DNA from: Escherichia coli
GTDB lineage: Bacteria; Pseudomonadota; Gammaproteobacteria; Enterobacterales; Enterobacteriaceae
Reading direction: 5' to 3' (one strand)
Assembly: GCF_011045215.1 (NCBI RefSeq)
Contig: NZ_CP049201.1
DNA length: 64,000 nt
A model generated the notes under the pieces. The model did no database searches, was not told the DNA's origin, and saw only the letters and a list, made by a program, of their open reading frames with translations. Positions 12,060 through 22,110 of the stretch are shown in pieces. Position 1 is the stretch's first letter, and every line of letters begins with the position of its first letter. The translations under genes were made by a program, and so were the position numbers.

Positions 12060-13072
12060 TTATTGAACGTTGTCGTGAACTGGCGTTGCGAGCGCCCGCC
12101 AGAGTGGTTTTTCCGGATGCGTTAGATCAACGTGTGCTGAAAGCTGCGCAATATTTACATCAACAAGGTCTGGCAACGCCCATTCTGGTCGCCAATCCGT
12201 TTGAACTTCGTCAGTTTGCGCTCAGTCATGGCGTAGCGATGGACGGGCTACAGGTTATTGATCCGCATGGCAACCTCGCAATGCGGGAAGAATTTGCTCA
12301 TCGCTGGCTGGCCCGCGCGGGCGAAAAAACGCCGCCGGATGCGCTGGAAAAACTTACCGATCCGCTGATGTTCGCCGCCGCAATGGTCAGCGCCGGTAAA
12401 GCGGATGTCTGTATCGCGGGCAACCTCTCTTCCACGGCGAATGTGCTGCGTGCCGGATTACGCATTATCGGCTTGCAGCCAGGCTGTAAAACGCTCTCAT
12501 CCATTTTCCTGATGCTGCCACAGTACAGCGGTCCGGCGTTGGGCTTTGCCGATTGCAGCGTGGTACCACAGCCGACGGCGGCGCAGCTGGCGGATATCGC
12601 GCTTGCCAGCGCCGAAACCTGGCGCGCCATCACCGGAGAAGAGCCGCGCGTGGCGATGCTGTCGTTTTCCAGTAACGGTAGCGCCCGTCACCCCTGCGTT
12701 GCCAATGTCCAGCAGGCGACAGAAATCGTCCGTGAGCGCGCACCAAAGCTGGTAGTCGATGGCGAGTTGCAGTTTGACGCCGCCTTCGTGCCGGAAGTGG
12801 CGGCGCAAAAAGCGCCTGCCAGCCCGCTACAGGGCAAGGCCAATGTGATGGTTTTTCCGTCGCTGGAAGCCGGAAATATTGGCTACAAAATCGCACAACG
12901 ACTCGGCGGATATCGTGCCGTCGGGCCATTGATACAAGGACTTGCCGCGCCGATGCACGATCTCTCTCGTGGTTGTAGCGTGCAGGAAATTATCGAGCTG
13001 GCGCTGGTGGCAGCTGTGCCGCGTCAGACAGAAGTAAACCGTGAAAGCAGTTTACAAACACTGGTTGAATGA
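12056..13072 (+). CDS. eutD: Phosphotransacetylase EutD
   Basis: 338-aa PTA-family ORF, 4-nt overlap with eutT; eut operon synteny. Confidence 0.85.
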
Positions 13073-13110
13073 ACGGTCCCGTTCTGGACCCTGATAAAGA
13101 GGAAAGCACA

Positions 13111-13404
13111 ATGGAAGCATTAGGAATGATCGAAACCCGGGGCCTGGTTGCACTGATTGAGGCTTCTGACGCGATGGTGAAAGCTGCGCGCGTCAAGCTG
13201 GTTGGTGTTAAGCAGATTGGCGGCGGCCTGTGTACTGCCATGGTTCGTGGTGATGTTGCAGCCTGTAAAGCGGCGACCGATGCCGGTGCCGCAGCGGCAC
13301 AGCGTATCGGCGAGCTGGTATCTGTACACGTTATCCCGCGTCCGCACGGCGACCTGGAAGAAGTGTTCCCGATCGGCCTGAAAGGCGATAGCAGCAACCT
13401 GTAA
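13111..13404 (+). CDS. eutM: Major BMC shell protein EutM
   Basis: 97-aa product from internal ATG ([26 protein letters not shown]...); canonical BMC-H domain. Confidence 0.9.
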   Translation: MEALGMIETRGLVALIEASDAMVKAARVKLVGVKQIGGGLCTAMVRGDVAACKAATDAGAAAAQRIGELVSVHVIPRPHGDLEEVFPIGLKGDSSNL

Positions 13405-13510
13405 TCACCCTGTGTGACGTCGATTCGGGCGTCACGCTCTCTCATTTTTCATTTTACCTTCCGCGGAGGGTAGGGGGAGCTTTTACCTGAAATACGCCAC
13501 GGAGGCGGGT

Positions 13511-13798
13511 ATGAAACTGGCAGTCGTCACTGGACAAATTGTTTGTACCGTACGCCATCACGGACTGGCGCATGACAAATTGCTGATGGTGGAAATGATT
13601 GATCCACAAGGTAATCCTGACGGGCAATGCGCCGTCGCCATCGACAATATTGGCGCGGGAACCGGGGAGTGGGTGTTACTGGTGAGTGGCAGTTCCGCCC
13701 GCCAGGCGCATAAAAGCGAAACGTCACCGGTCGATCTGTGCGTGATTGGCATTGTCGATGAGGTGGTGTCTGGCGGTCAGGTAATTTTCCACAAATAA
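13511..13798 (+). CDS. eutN: BMC vertex (pentamer) protein EutN
   Basis: 95-aa ORF MKLAVVTGQIVCTVRH...; EutN/CcmL family. Confidence 0.9.
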   Translation: MKLAVVTGQIVCTVRHHGLAHDKLLMVEMIDPQGNPDGQCAVAIDNIGAGTGEWVLLVSGSSARQAHKSETSPVDLCVIGIVDEVVSGGQVIFHK

Positions 13799-13809
13799 GG
13801 CAGAACATC

Positions 13810-15213
13810 ATGAATCAACAGGATATTGAACAGGTGGTGAAAGCGGTACTGCTGAAAATGCAAAGCAGTGACACGCCGCCCGCCGCCGTTCATGAGATGG
13901 GCGTTTTCGCGTCCCTGGATGACGCTGTTGCGGCAGCCAAAATTGCCCAGCAAGGGTTAAAGAGCGTGGCAATGCGCCAGTTAGCCATTGCTGCCATTCG
14001 TGAAGCAGGCGAAAAACACGCCAGAGATTTAGCGGAACTTGCCGTCAGTGAAACCGGCATGGGTCGCGTTGAAGATAAATTTGCCAAAAACGTCGCTCAG
14101 GCACGCGGCACGCCAGGCGTTGAGTGTCTCTCTCCGCAAGTGCTGACGGGCGACAACGGCCTGACTTTAATTGAAAACGCGCCATGGGGCGTGGTGGCTT
14201 CGGTGACGCCGTCCACTAACCCGGCGGCAACCGTAATTAATAACGCCATCAGCCTGATTGCCGCGGGCAACAGCGTCATTTTTGCCCCGCATCCGGCGGC
14301 GAAAAAAGTCTCCCAGCGGGCGATCACGCTGCTCAACCAGGCGATTGTTGCCGCAGGCGGGCCGGAAAACTTACTGGTTACTGTGGCAAATCCGGATATC
14401 GAAACCGCGCAACGCTTGTTCAAGTTTCCGGGTATCGGCATGCTGGTGGTGACCGGCGGCGAAGCGGTAGTAGAAGCGGCGCGTAAACACACCAATAAAC
14501 GTCTGATTGCCGCAGGCGCTGGCAACCCGCCGGTAGTGGTGGATGAAACCGCTGACCTCGCCCGTGCTGCTCAGTCCATCGTCAAAGGCGCGTCTTTCGA
14601 TAACAACATCATTTGTGCCGACGAAAAGGTACTGATTGTTGTTGATAGCGTAGCCGATGAACTGATGCGTCTGATGGAAGGCCAGCACGCGGTGAAACTG
14701 ACCGCAGAACAGGCGCAGCAGCTGCAACCGGTGTTGCTGAAAAATATCGACGAGCGCGGAAAAGGCACCGTCAGCCGTGACTGGGTTGGTCGCGACGCAG
14801 GCAAAATCGCGGCGGCAATCGGCCTTAAAGTTCCGCAAGAAACGCGCCTGCTGTTTGTGGAAACCACCGCAGAACATCCGTTTGCCGTGACTGAACTGAT
14901 GATGCCGGTGTTGCCCGTCGTGCGCGTCGCCAACGTGGCGGATGCCATTGCGCTAGCGGTGAAACTGGAAGGCGGTTGCCACCACACGGCGGCAATGCAC
15001 TCGCGCAACATCGAAAACATGAACCAGATGGCGAATGCTATTGATACCAGCATTTTCGTTAAGAACGGACCGTGCATTGCCGGGCTGGGGCTGGGCGGGG
15101 AAGGCTGGACCACCATGACCATCACCACGCCAACCGGTGAAGGGGTAACCAGCGCGCGTACGTTTGTCCGTCTGCGTCGCTGTGTATTAGTCGATGCGTT
15201 TCGCATTGTTTAA
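13810..15213 (+). CDS. eutE: Acetaldehyde dehydrogenase (CoA-acylating) EutE
   Basis: 467-aa aldehyde dehydrogenase family ORF in eut operon. Confidence 0.9.
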   Translation: MNQQDIEQVVKAVLLKMQSSDTPPAAVHEMGVFASLDDAVAAAKIAQQGLKSVAMRQLAIAAIREAGEKHARDLAELAVSETGMGRVEDKFAKNVAQARGTPGVECLSPQVLTGDNGLTLIENAPWGVVASVTPSTNPAATVINNAISLIAAGNSVIFAPHPAAKKVSQRAITLLNQAIVAAGGPENLLVTVANPDIETAQRLFKFPGIGMLVVTGGEAVVEAARKHTNKRLIAAGAGNPPVVVDETADLARAAQSIVKGASFDNNIICADEKVLIVVDSVADELMRLMEGQHAVKLTAEQAQQLQPVLLKNIDERGKGTVSRDWVGRDAGKIAAAIGLKVPQETRLLFVETTAEHPFAVTELMMPVLPVVRVANVADAIALAVKLEGGCHHTAAMHSRNIENMNQMANAIDTSIFVKNGPCIAGLGLGGEGWTTMTITTPTGEGVTSARTFVRLRRCVLVDAFRIV

Positions 15214-15223
15214 GGAGTAACAG

Positions 15224-16060
15224 ATGGCGCACGACGAACAATGGCTCACCCCACGTCTGCAAACGGCGGCAACGCTGTGTAACCAGACGCCCGCCGCGAC
15301 GGAATCTCCGCTGTGGCTGGGGGTGGATCTGGGCACCTGCGATGTGGTGTCGATGGTTGTCGACCGCGACGGTCAGCCAGTGGCGGTATGCCTCGACTGG
15401 GCCGATGTGGTTCGCGACGGCATCGTCTGGGATTTCTTCGGCGCTGTCACCATTGTTCGTCGCCATCTCGACACGCTCGAGCAGCAATTCGGTCGTCGTT
15501 TTAGCCATGCGGCGACTTCATTTCCTCCAGGTACGGACCCGCGTATTTCCATCAACGTGCTGGAATCTGCCGGACTGGAAGTGAGCCATGTGCTGGATGA
15601 GCCAACCGCAGTTGCGGATCTGCTGCAACTGGACAACGCCGGTGTAGTGGATATCGGCGGCGGCACTACCGGCATTGCCATCGTGAAAAAGGGCAAGGTG
15701 ACGTACTCGGCGGATGAAGCCACCGGCGGACATCACATCTCTCTGACTCTCGCCGGAAATCGCCGTATTTCGCTGGAAGAGGCGGAGCAGTACAAGCGCG
15801 GTCACGGTGACGAGATTTGGCCTGCGGTGAAACCGGTGTACGAAAAAATGGCGGACATTGTCGCCCGGCATATTGAAGGGCAGGGCATTACTGATTTATG
15901 GCTGGCGGGCGGCTCTTGTATGCAACCGGGCGTGGCGGAACTGTTTCGCAAACAATTCCCGGCGTTACAGGTGCATTTACCGCAGCACAGTTTGTTTATG
16001 ACCCCGCTGGCGATCGCCAGTAGTGGGCGAGAGAAAGCGGAGGGGCTATATGCAAAATGA
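15224..16060 (+). CDS. eutJ: Ethanolamine utilisation chaperone-like protein EutJ (actin/Hsp70-like ATPase fold)
   Basis: 278-aa ORF with DIGGGTTG motif; eut operon synteny. Confidence 0.85.
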   Translation: MAHDEQWLTPRLQTAATLCNQTPAATESPLWLGVDLGTCDVVSMVVDRDGQPVAVCLDWADVVRDGIVWDFFGAVTIVRRHLDTLEQQFGRRFSHAATSFPPGTDPRISINVLESAGLEVSHVLDEPTAVADLLQLDNAGVVDIGGGTTGIAIVKKGKVTYSADEATGGHHISLTLAGNRRISLEEAEQYKRGHGDEIWPAVKPVYEKMADIVARHIEGQGITDLWLAGGSCMQPGVAELFRKQFPALQVHLPQHSLFMTPLAIASSGREKAEGLYAK

Positions 16061-17237
16061 ATTGCAGACCGCGCTCTTTCAGGCGTTCGATACCCTGAAT
16101 CTGCAACGGGTAAAAACATTTAGCGTTCCACCGGTGACGCTTTGCGGTCCGGGCTCGGTGAGCAGTTGCGGACAGCAAGCGCAAACGCGTGGGCTGAAAC
16201 ATCTGTTCGTGATGGCAGACAGCTTTTTGCATCAGGCAGGGATGACCGCCGGGCTGACGCGTAGCCTGGCCGTTAAAGGTATCGCCATGACGCTCTGGCC
16301 ATGTCCGGTGGGCGAACCGTGCATTACCGACGTGTGTGCAGCCGTGGCGCAGTTGCGTGAGTCAGGTTGTGACGGGGTGATCGCATTTGGCGGCGGCTCG
16401 GTGCTGGATGCGGCGAAAGCCGTGGCGTTGCTGGTGACGAACCCGGATAGCACGCTGGCAGAGATGTCAGAAACCAGCGTTCTGCAACCGCGCTTGCCGC
16501 TGATTGCCATTCCAACTACCGCCGGAACCGGCTCTGAAACCACCAATGTAACGGTGATTATCGACGCGGTGAGCGGGCGCAAGCAGGTGTTAGCCCATGC
16601 CTCGCTGATGCCGGATGTGGCGATCCTCGACGCCGCATTGACCGAAGGTGTGCCGTCGCATGTCACGGCGATGACCGGCATTGATGCGTTAACCCATGCC
16701 ATTGAAGCATACAGCGCCCTGAACGCTACACCGTTTACCGACAGTCTGGCGATTGGTGCCATTGCGATGATTGGCAAATCGCTGCCGAAAGCGGTGGGCT
16801 ACGGTCACGACCTTGCCGCGCGCGAGAGCATGTTGCTGGCTTCATGTATGGCGGGAATGGCGTTTTCCAGTGCGGGTCTTGGGTTGTGCCACGCGATGGC
16901 GCATCAGCCGGGCGCGGCGCTGCATATTCCGCACGGTCTCGCGAACGCTATGTTGCTGCCAACGGTGATGGAGTTTAACCGGATGGTTTGTCGTGAACGC
17001 TTTAGTCAGATTGGTCGGGCACTGCGAACTAAAAAATCCGACGATCGTGACGCTATTAACGCGGTAAGTGAGCTGATTGCGGAAGTTGGGATTGGTAAAC
17101 GACTGGGCGATGTTGGCGCGACATCTGCGCATTACGGTGCATGGGCGCAGGCCGCGCAGGAAGATATTTGTCTGCGCAGCAACCCGCGTACCGCCAGCCT
17201 GGAGCAGATTGTCGGCCTGTACGCAGCGGCGCAATAA
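16050..17237 (+). CDS. eutG: Alcohol dehydrogenase EutG (iron-containing ADH family)
   Basis: 395-aa product from ATG at 16050 (MQNELQTALF...); Fe-ADH motifs; overlaps eutJ end. Confidence 0.85.
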   Translation: MQNELQTALFQAFDTLNLQRVKTFSVPPVTLCGPGSVSSCGQQAQTRGLKHLFVMADSFLHQAGMTAGLTRSLAVKGIAMTLWPCPVGEPCITDVCAAVAQLRESGCDGVIAFGGGSVLDAAKAVALLVTNPDSTLAEMSETSVLQPRLPLIAIPTTAGTGSETTNVTVIIDAVSGRKQVLAHASLMPDVAILDAALTEGVPSHVTAMTGIDALTHAIEAYSALNATPFTDSLAIGAIAMIGKSLPKAVGYGHDLAARESMLLASCMAGMAFSSAGLGLCHAMAHQPGAALHIPHGLANAMLLPTVMEFNRMVCRERFSQIGRALRTKKSDDRDAINAVSELIAEVGIGKRLGDVGATSAHYGAWAQAAQEDICLRSNPRTASLEQIVGLYAAAQ

Positions 17238-17420
17238 ATGCCGGATGCGACGCTTGCCGCGTCTTATCCGGCCTACGGGATTGCACATGTAGAGCGGATA
17301 AAGCGTTCACGCCGCATCCGCCAGTGGCGCGGTGCAATTGCCGGATGCGACGCTTGCCGCGTCTTATCCGGCCTACGGGATTGCACATGTAGTGCGGATA
17401 AGGCTTCACGCCGCATCCGC
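17238..17420. repeat. BIME/REP cluster (two near-identical ~85-bp units)
   Basis: Unit gccggatgcgacgcttgccgcgtcttatccggcctacgggattgcacatgtag...gcggataa..cacgccgcatccgc present twice between eutG and eutH. Confidence 0.7.
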
Positions 17421-17452
17421 TAATAAATAACAACTAACAGGGAGTAAAGGCG

Positions 17453-18679
17453 ATGGGAATTAACGAAATCATCATGTACATCATGATGTTCTTTATGCTG
17501 ATAGCTGCCGTAGACAGGATCCTGTCGCAGTTCGGCGGTTCTGCTCGTTTCCTCGGTAAGTTCGGTAAAAGTATCGAAGGATCAGGCGGTCAGTTCGAAG
17601 AAGGCTTTATGGCAATGGGCGCACTGGGCCTGGCGATGGTCGGTATGACCGCGCTGGCACCGGTACTGGCTCACGTACTCGGGCCGGTAATTATCCCGGT
17701 TTACGAAATGCTCGGCGCAAACCCGTCAATGTTCGCCGGAACGCTGCTGGCGTGCGATATGGGCGGCTTCTTCCTCGCCAAAGAGCTGGCGGGCGGCGAC
17801 GTAGCAGCGTGGCTATACTCTGGGTTAATTCTCGGGTCGATGATGGGGCCAACGATTGTGTTTTCCATTCCGGTGGCGCTCGGCATTATCGAACCTTCTG
17901 ACCGTCGTTATCTGGCGCTCGGCGTGCTGGCGGGCATTGTGACCATTCCGATTGGTTGTATCGCTGGTGGTCTGGTAGCTATGTACTCCGGTGTGCAGAT
18001 CAACGGCCAGCCGGTGGAATTCACTTTCGCCCTGATCCTGATGAACATGATCCCGGTGATCATTGTTGCGATTCTGGTGGCGCTGGGGCTGAAATTCATC
18101 CCGGAAAAAATGATCAACGGCTTCCAGATCTTCGCCAAATTCCTCGTTGCATTGATCACCCTCGGTCTTGCCGCTGCGGTAGTGAAATTCCTGCTTGGCT
18201 GGGAACTGATCCCCGGTCTGGATCCTATCTTTATGGCCCCTGGCGATAAACCCGGTGAGGTGATGCGCGCCATTGAAGTTATCGGTTCTATCTCCTGCGT
18301 TCTGTTAGGGGCGTATCCGATGGTGCTGCTGCTGACCCGCTGGTTTGAAAAACCGCTGATGAGCGTCGGTAAAGTGCTGAATATGAACAACATCGCGGCA
18401 GCCGGCATGGTGGCAACGCTTGCCAACAACATCCCGATGTTCGGCATGATGAAGCAGATGGATACCCGCGGCAAAGTCATCAACTGCGCCTTCGCCGTTT
18501 CTGCTGCTTTCGCCCTGGGCGACCACTTAGGGTTCGCCGCTGCCAACATGAATGCCATGATCTTCCCGATGATTGTCGGCAAGTTGATCGGCGGCGTAAC
18601 GGCGATTGGCGTGGCGATGATGCTGGTGCCAAAAGACGACGCGACCGCAGCTAAAACCGAAGCGGAGGCACAATCGTGA
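17453..18679 (+). CDS. eutH: Ethanolamine permease EutH
   Basis: 408-aa highly hydrophobic multi-pass membrane ORF in eut operon. Confidence 0.9.
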   Translation: MGINEIIMYIMMFFMLIAAVDRILSQFGGSARFLGKFGKSIEGSGGQFEEGFMAMGALGLAMVGMTALAPVLAHVLGPVIIPVYEMLGANPSMFAGTLLACDMGGFFLAKELAGGDVAAWLYSGLILGSMMGPTIVFSIPVALGIIEPSDRRYLALGVLAGIVTIPIGCIAGGLVAMYSGVQINGQPVEFTFALILMNMIPVIIVAILVALGLKFIPEKMINGFQIFAKFLVALITLGLAAAVVKFLLGWELIPGLDPIFMAPGDKPGEVMRAIEVIGSISCVLLGAYPMVLLLTRWFEKPLMSVGKVLNMNNIAAAGMVATLANNIPMFGMMKQMDTRGKVINCAFAVSAAFALGDHLGFAAANMNAMIFPMIVGKLIGGVTAIGVAMMLVPKDDATAAKTEAEAQS

Positions 18680-20079
18680 ACACTCGCCAGCTACTGAGCG
18701 TCGGTATCGATATCGGCACTACCACCACCCAGGTGATTTTCTCCCACCTGGAACTGGTTAACCGTGCGGCGGTGTCGCAGGTGCCGCGCTACGAATTCAT
18801 CAAACGCGAAATTAGCTGGCAAAGCCCGGTGTTCTTTACCCCTGTCGATAAACAGGGTGATTTAAAAGAAGCGGAACTGAAATCGCTGATTTTAGAGCAA
18901 TATCAGGCTGCGGGCATTGCACCGGAAAGCGTTGATTCTGGTGCCATCATCATCACCGGTGAAAGCGCGAAAACCCGCAATGCTCGCCCGGCGGTGATGG
19001 CGCTCTCTCAGTCGCTGGGCGATTTTGTCGTTGCCAGCGCCGGGCCGCACCTCGAATCCGTGATCGCCGGTCACGGAGCCGGGGCACAAACCCTTTCTGA
19101 ACAACGGCTGTGTCGGGTACTGAATATCGACATCGGCGGTGGCACCGCGAACTACGCCCTGTTCGATGCCGGAAAAATCAGCGGCACTGCCTGCCTCAAC
19201 GTCGGTGGTCGCCTGCTGGAAACCGACAGCCAGGGGCGCGTGGTTTACGCTCATAAACCGGGGCAGATGATTGTGGATGAGTGCTTCGGCGCAGGCACCG
19301 ACGCCCGTTCGCTGACCGGCGCGCAGCTGGTGCAGGTTACCCGGCGGATGGCAGAGCTGATTGTCGAAGTGATTGACGGAACGCTCTCGCCGCTCGCGCA
19401 GGCATTGATGCAAACCGGTTTGCTGCCCGCAGGTGTTACGCCCGAAATCATTACGCTTTCTGGCGGCGTGGGCGAATGTTATCGCCACCAGCCCGCCGAC
19501 CCGTTCTGTTTTGCCGATATTGGCCCGCTTCTGGCAACGGCGCTGCATGACCATCCGCGCCTGCGTGAGATGAACGTGCAGTTTCCGGCGCAAACCGTGC
19601 GTGCCACGGTGATTGGCGCGGGGGCACATACCCTTTCGCTCTCTGGCAGCACAATCTGGCTTGAGGGCGTACAACTGCCGCTGCGCAATTTGCCGGTGGC
19701 GATCCCGATTGATGAAACGGATCTGGTGAGTGCCTGGCAACAGGCGCTGATTCAACTGGATCTTGATCCCAAAACTGACGCGTACGTGCTGGCGCTTCCC
19801 GCCTCGCTGCCTGTGCGTTACGCCGCGGTACTGACGGTCATCAACGCGTTGGTCGATTTCGTCGCGCGTTTTCCGAATCCGCATCCCCTGCTGGTGGTGG
19901 CCGGGCAGGACTTTGGTAAAGCTCTGGGCATGTTGTTGCGCCCACAGCTACAACAACTCCCGTTGGCAGTCATTGACGAAGTGATTGTCCGCGCGGGGGA
20001 CTATATCGACATTGGTACGCCTCTTTTTGGCGGATCGGTTGTGCCGGTGACGGTGAAATCACTCGCATTTCCTTCCTGA
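18676..20079 (+). CDS. eutA: Ethanolamine ammonia-lyase reactivase EutA
   Basis: 467-aa ORF, 4-nt overlap with eutH; eut operon synteny; followed by the inserted element. Confidence 0.9.
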   Translation: MNTRQLLSVGIDIGTTTTQVIFSHLELVNRAAVSQVPRYEFIKREISWQSPVFFTPVDKQGDLKEAELKSLILEQYQAAGIAPESVDSGAIIITGESAKTRNARPAVMALSQSLGDFVVASAGPHLESVIAGHGAGAQTLSEQRLCRVLNIDIGGGTANYALFDAGKISGTACLNVGGRLLETDSQGRVVYAHKPGQMIVDECFGAGTDARSLTGAQLVQVTRRMAELIVEVIDGTLSPLAQALMQTGLLPAGVTPEIITLSGGVGECYRHQPADPFCFADIGPLLATALHDHPRLREMNVQFPAQTVRATVIGAGAHTLSLSGSTIWLEGVQLPLRNLPVAIPIDETDLVSAWQQALIQLDLDPKTDAYVLALPASLPVRYAAVLTVINALVDFVARFPNPHPLLVVAGQDFGKALGMLLRPQLQQLPLAVIDEVIVRAGDYIDIGTPLFGGSVVPVTVKSLAFPS

Positions 20080-20172
20080 ATACTGTAGTTATCAGGCGTG
20101 GCGCTGGGTTGCGGGGTGTTAGTGGGATTATATCCGGCTGTGTATCCGGTCGGGGTGATTGGTCTGTATAGC

Positions 20173-20194
20173 AAAACCCGGCGCGGGGCCGGGT
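20173..20194 (-). terminator. Intrinsic terminator (minus-strand orientation)
   Basis: On minus strand reads ACCCGGCCCCGCGCCGGGTTTT: GC stem CCCGGC/GCCGGG followed by U-run, 7 nt after stop of the 20201-20761 gene; identical copy at 21822-21843. Confidence 0.6.
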
Positions 20195-20200
20195 GAACTA

Positions 20201-20761
20201 TCATTCAGGGAACAAGTTGATTTGAAGCAAACTGCCAATGTATTTACCAGTGCTTTTAATTTTTCGCTTTGATGGCTTACACGAATTCAGGTTGACACCA
20301 GCCTGGCTAGATATTGGCTTGTATTGCCGCTCCGCCAGTACGATCAGGTCTGCCGCGTCTTTTAGCTTTCCATCGTTAGCCAGTTCCAATGCTCGATCCG
20401 CCATTTGCCCGCATTGTTGAATCAGCTTAAGTTGCGATACCTCCAGTCGCAATTGCTGGATTCGTTCTACCACTTTCGCCCTAATGCGCTTAGTTTCACG
20501 CATTCCCATTCTTAATGCCTGGTTGCCAGTAAGTGAGTAAACCTCTTTTTCTTTCCTGAAGTTTGCGGCTTTACCGTCAGCTTGGACGCGCATTTTATGC
20601 GCTTCCAAGAATTCGCCCTCCAATTCATCCCTGATCTTCGCGTTGAATCTGTCGTTCTTGAGTTCATTTAACCCTTCCGCCTTGCGGATCTGGTTGATTA
20701 ACTCCAACAATTCATCACTGCGGATACGCCACTCGCTATCAACCTGTACCAAGTCAAACAT
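20201..20761 (-). CDS. Hypothetical phage protein (186 aa from ATG with GGGAG RBS; coiled-coil, possibly regulatory)
   Basis: ORF with good RBS upstream of internal ATG at 20761 (track start 20854 is TTG); no confidently recognised domain. Confidence 0.55.
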   Translation of the reverse strand: MFDLVQVDSEWRIRSDELLELINQIRKAEGLNELKNDRFNAKIRDELEGEFLEAHKMRVQADGKAANFRKEKEVYSLTGNQALRMGMRETKRIRAKVVERIQQLRLEVSQLKLIQQCGQMADRALELANDGKLKDAADLIVLAERQYKPISSQAGVNLNSCKPSKRKIKSTGKYIGSLLQINLFPE

Positions 20762-20924
20762 GTTGTTGCTCCCGTTTTGCTGCCATAGGGCAACGGCTCG
20801 CCAGCCTTTATCACCTCCTTTAGTTGTTGCGATTCTTAACTGAATGGTTATCAAAACGCTGCGTTAATATCATTGATATGTATCAAATTTGTTTTGTGAC
20901 GCGACAATGCCTTGTGAATATCAA

Positions 20925-20949
20925 TAAAAAACCCAGCGCTATGGCTGGG
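20925..20949 (-). terminator. Intrinsic terminator (minus-strand orientation)
   Basis: Minus strand CCCAGCcatagcGCTGGG followed by UUUUUU, 45 nt downstream of stop of 20995-21723 gene. Confidence 0.5.
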
Positions 20950-20994
20950 CTTCTCTTGATGGCTGGTTTTGTAGCTAATCGTTGGCTTTAAGGG

Positions 20995-21723
20995 TTAAGC
21001 AACAATATTAATCCCGCTCCTTGTCGCTGCCTCTTTGGCAATTTTCCCCTCGTCCTCCAGTTTAGCTAACGCCTTGTACATCCAGTGGCGGCCCGGTGCG
21101 CCATGCAGCTTGCCATCTTTGCCGATCTTACCGAACGCATGTAACGCCAAATCGTCGATAGTCCCCTTGTATCCGCCTTGCTCCTTAAGCCATTGCTCAA
21201 GCTGTTCTACTTTGAATTTTGCCGGACGTCCGCCAGCCGCTTTTTGTTGTTTAGCTGGTTCTTCTGCAATATCGCTTTTGTTGTTTAAGTCCGTCATGAC
21301 TGGTTCTCCTACAATAGCGTCGCCCTTGGTCTCGATTTGTTGATTAACTGGTTTGTCTACAATATCGATTTTGTTGTTTAGCTGGTTTTTCAACATATCA
21401 ATCTCAGCCTTTAGCGCCTCGTTTTCTCTGGCTAGTTCTTCGCAACGCTTGATAAATTTTTGTTCCATGCCGTCCGGGCTATCAACGTGCGCCGTACCCA
21501 TTACGATCTTCCCGTTGCTATCGAAGATGACAGCTTGCCAACCGACTGCGGCGAGCATTTTAAACACATCATCAGCGGTCTTGTTTGTTGTATCGCGACG
21601 CCCTTTAAACTTGTGGCTAGCAGCGCCTTTGCCTTTGAAGCCCATTGCCTCAGCGACATCTTGCCGCGTCATCTTGCGAGCGCGCTTGTTCATGCCTAAC
21701 TCAACCCAATCCATGTATTCCAT
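20995..21723 (-). CDS. Hypothetical phage protein with internal tandem peptide repeats (242 aa)
   Basis: ORF with GAGGT RBS; DNA and protein contain imperfect tandem repeats (LNNKIDIVDKPVNQQ / LNNKSDIAEEPAKQQ); basic N-terminal region possibly DNA-binding. Confidence 0.6.
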   Translation of the reverse strand: MEYMDWVELGMNKRARKMTRQDVAEAMGFKGKGAASHKFKGRRDTTNKTADDVFKMLAAVGWQAVIFDSNGKIVMGTAHVDSPDGMEQKFIKRCEELARENEALKAEIDMLKNQLNNKIDIVDKPVNQQIETKGDAIVGEPVMTDLNNKSDIAEEPAKQQKAAGGRPAKFKVEQLEQWLKEQGGYKGTIDDLALHAFGKIGKDGKLHGAPGRHWMYKALAKLEDEGKIAKEAATRSGINIVA

Positions 21724-21821
21724 ACATTACCTCATTTTGTCGCTAAACGTTTTGCTTTCTAATTTATCAACAAAAAAGCGGGTGATGGTAGCCGCTTTGA
21801 TGGGGAAGTTGACAGGGATCA

Positions 21822-21843
21822 AAAACCCGGCGCGGGGCCGGGT
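21822..21843 (-). terminator. Intrinsic terminator (minus-strand orientation), identical copy of 20173-20194
   Basis: Same 22-bp sequence aaaacccggcgcggggccgggt; 18 nt downstream of stop of AlpA-like gene 21861-22091. Confidence 0.6.
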
Positions 21844-21860
21844 ATTAGCAAGTTAGATGA

Positions 21861-22091
21861 TTACTGGGTATCGCTGTCAGAAAGTAGTCCAATTGATTTA
21901 AAGAATTTCATCACATCCTGATAGCGATACATGACGCCCCGCCCGGTTCCCAGCACATCAACAGGGTCGGGGAATGGAGTTCCGTTCTGTTCCCATTTCT
22001 TACGCCACGAATAAAACGTTCCCCTGCTAATTCCGCCCAGCATCCGGCAGATGGCAGGGCGGCTAAGAAGGATTACTTCATTTTTATCCAT
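21861..22091 (-). CDS. AlpA-family phage transcriptional regulator / excisionase-like HTH protein (76 aa)
   Basis: Motif LSRPAICRMLGGISRGTFYSWRKK...FPDPV typical of AlpA/Xis-type HTH; GGGAGA RBS. Confidence 0.6.
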   Translation of the reverse strand: MDKNEVILLSRPAICRMLGGISRGTFYSWRKKWEQNGTPFPDPVDVLGTGRGVMYRYQDVMKFFKSIGLLSDSDTQ

Positions 22092-22110
22092 TGTTTAATC
22101 TCCCGTGTGT

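Noticed and set aside
18892-19884. 330-aa minus-strand ORF inside eutA
   Set aside because: Antisense shadow ORF in a GC-rich gene; Arg-rich composition.
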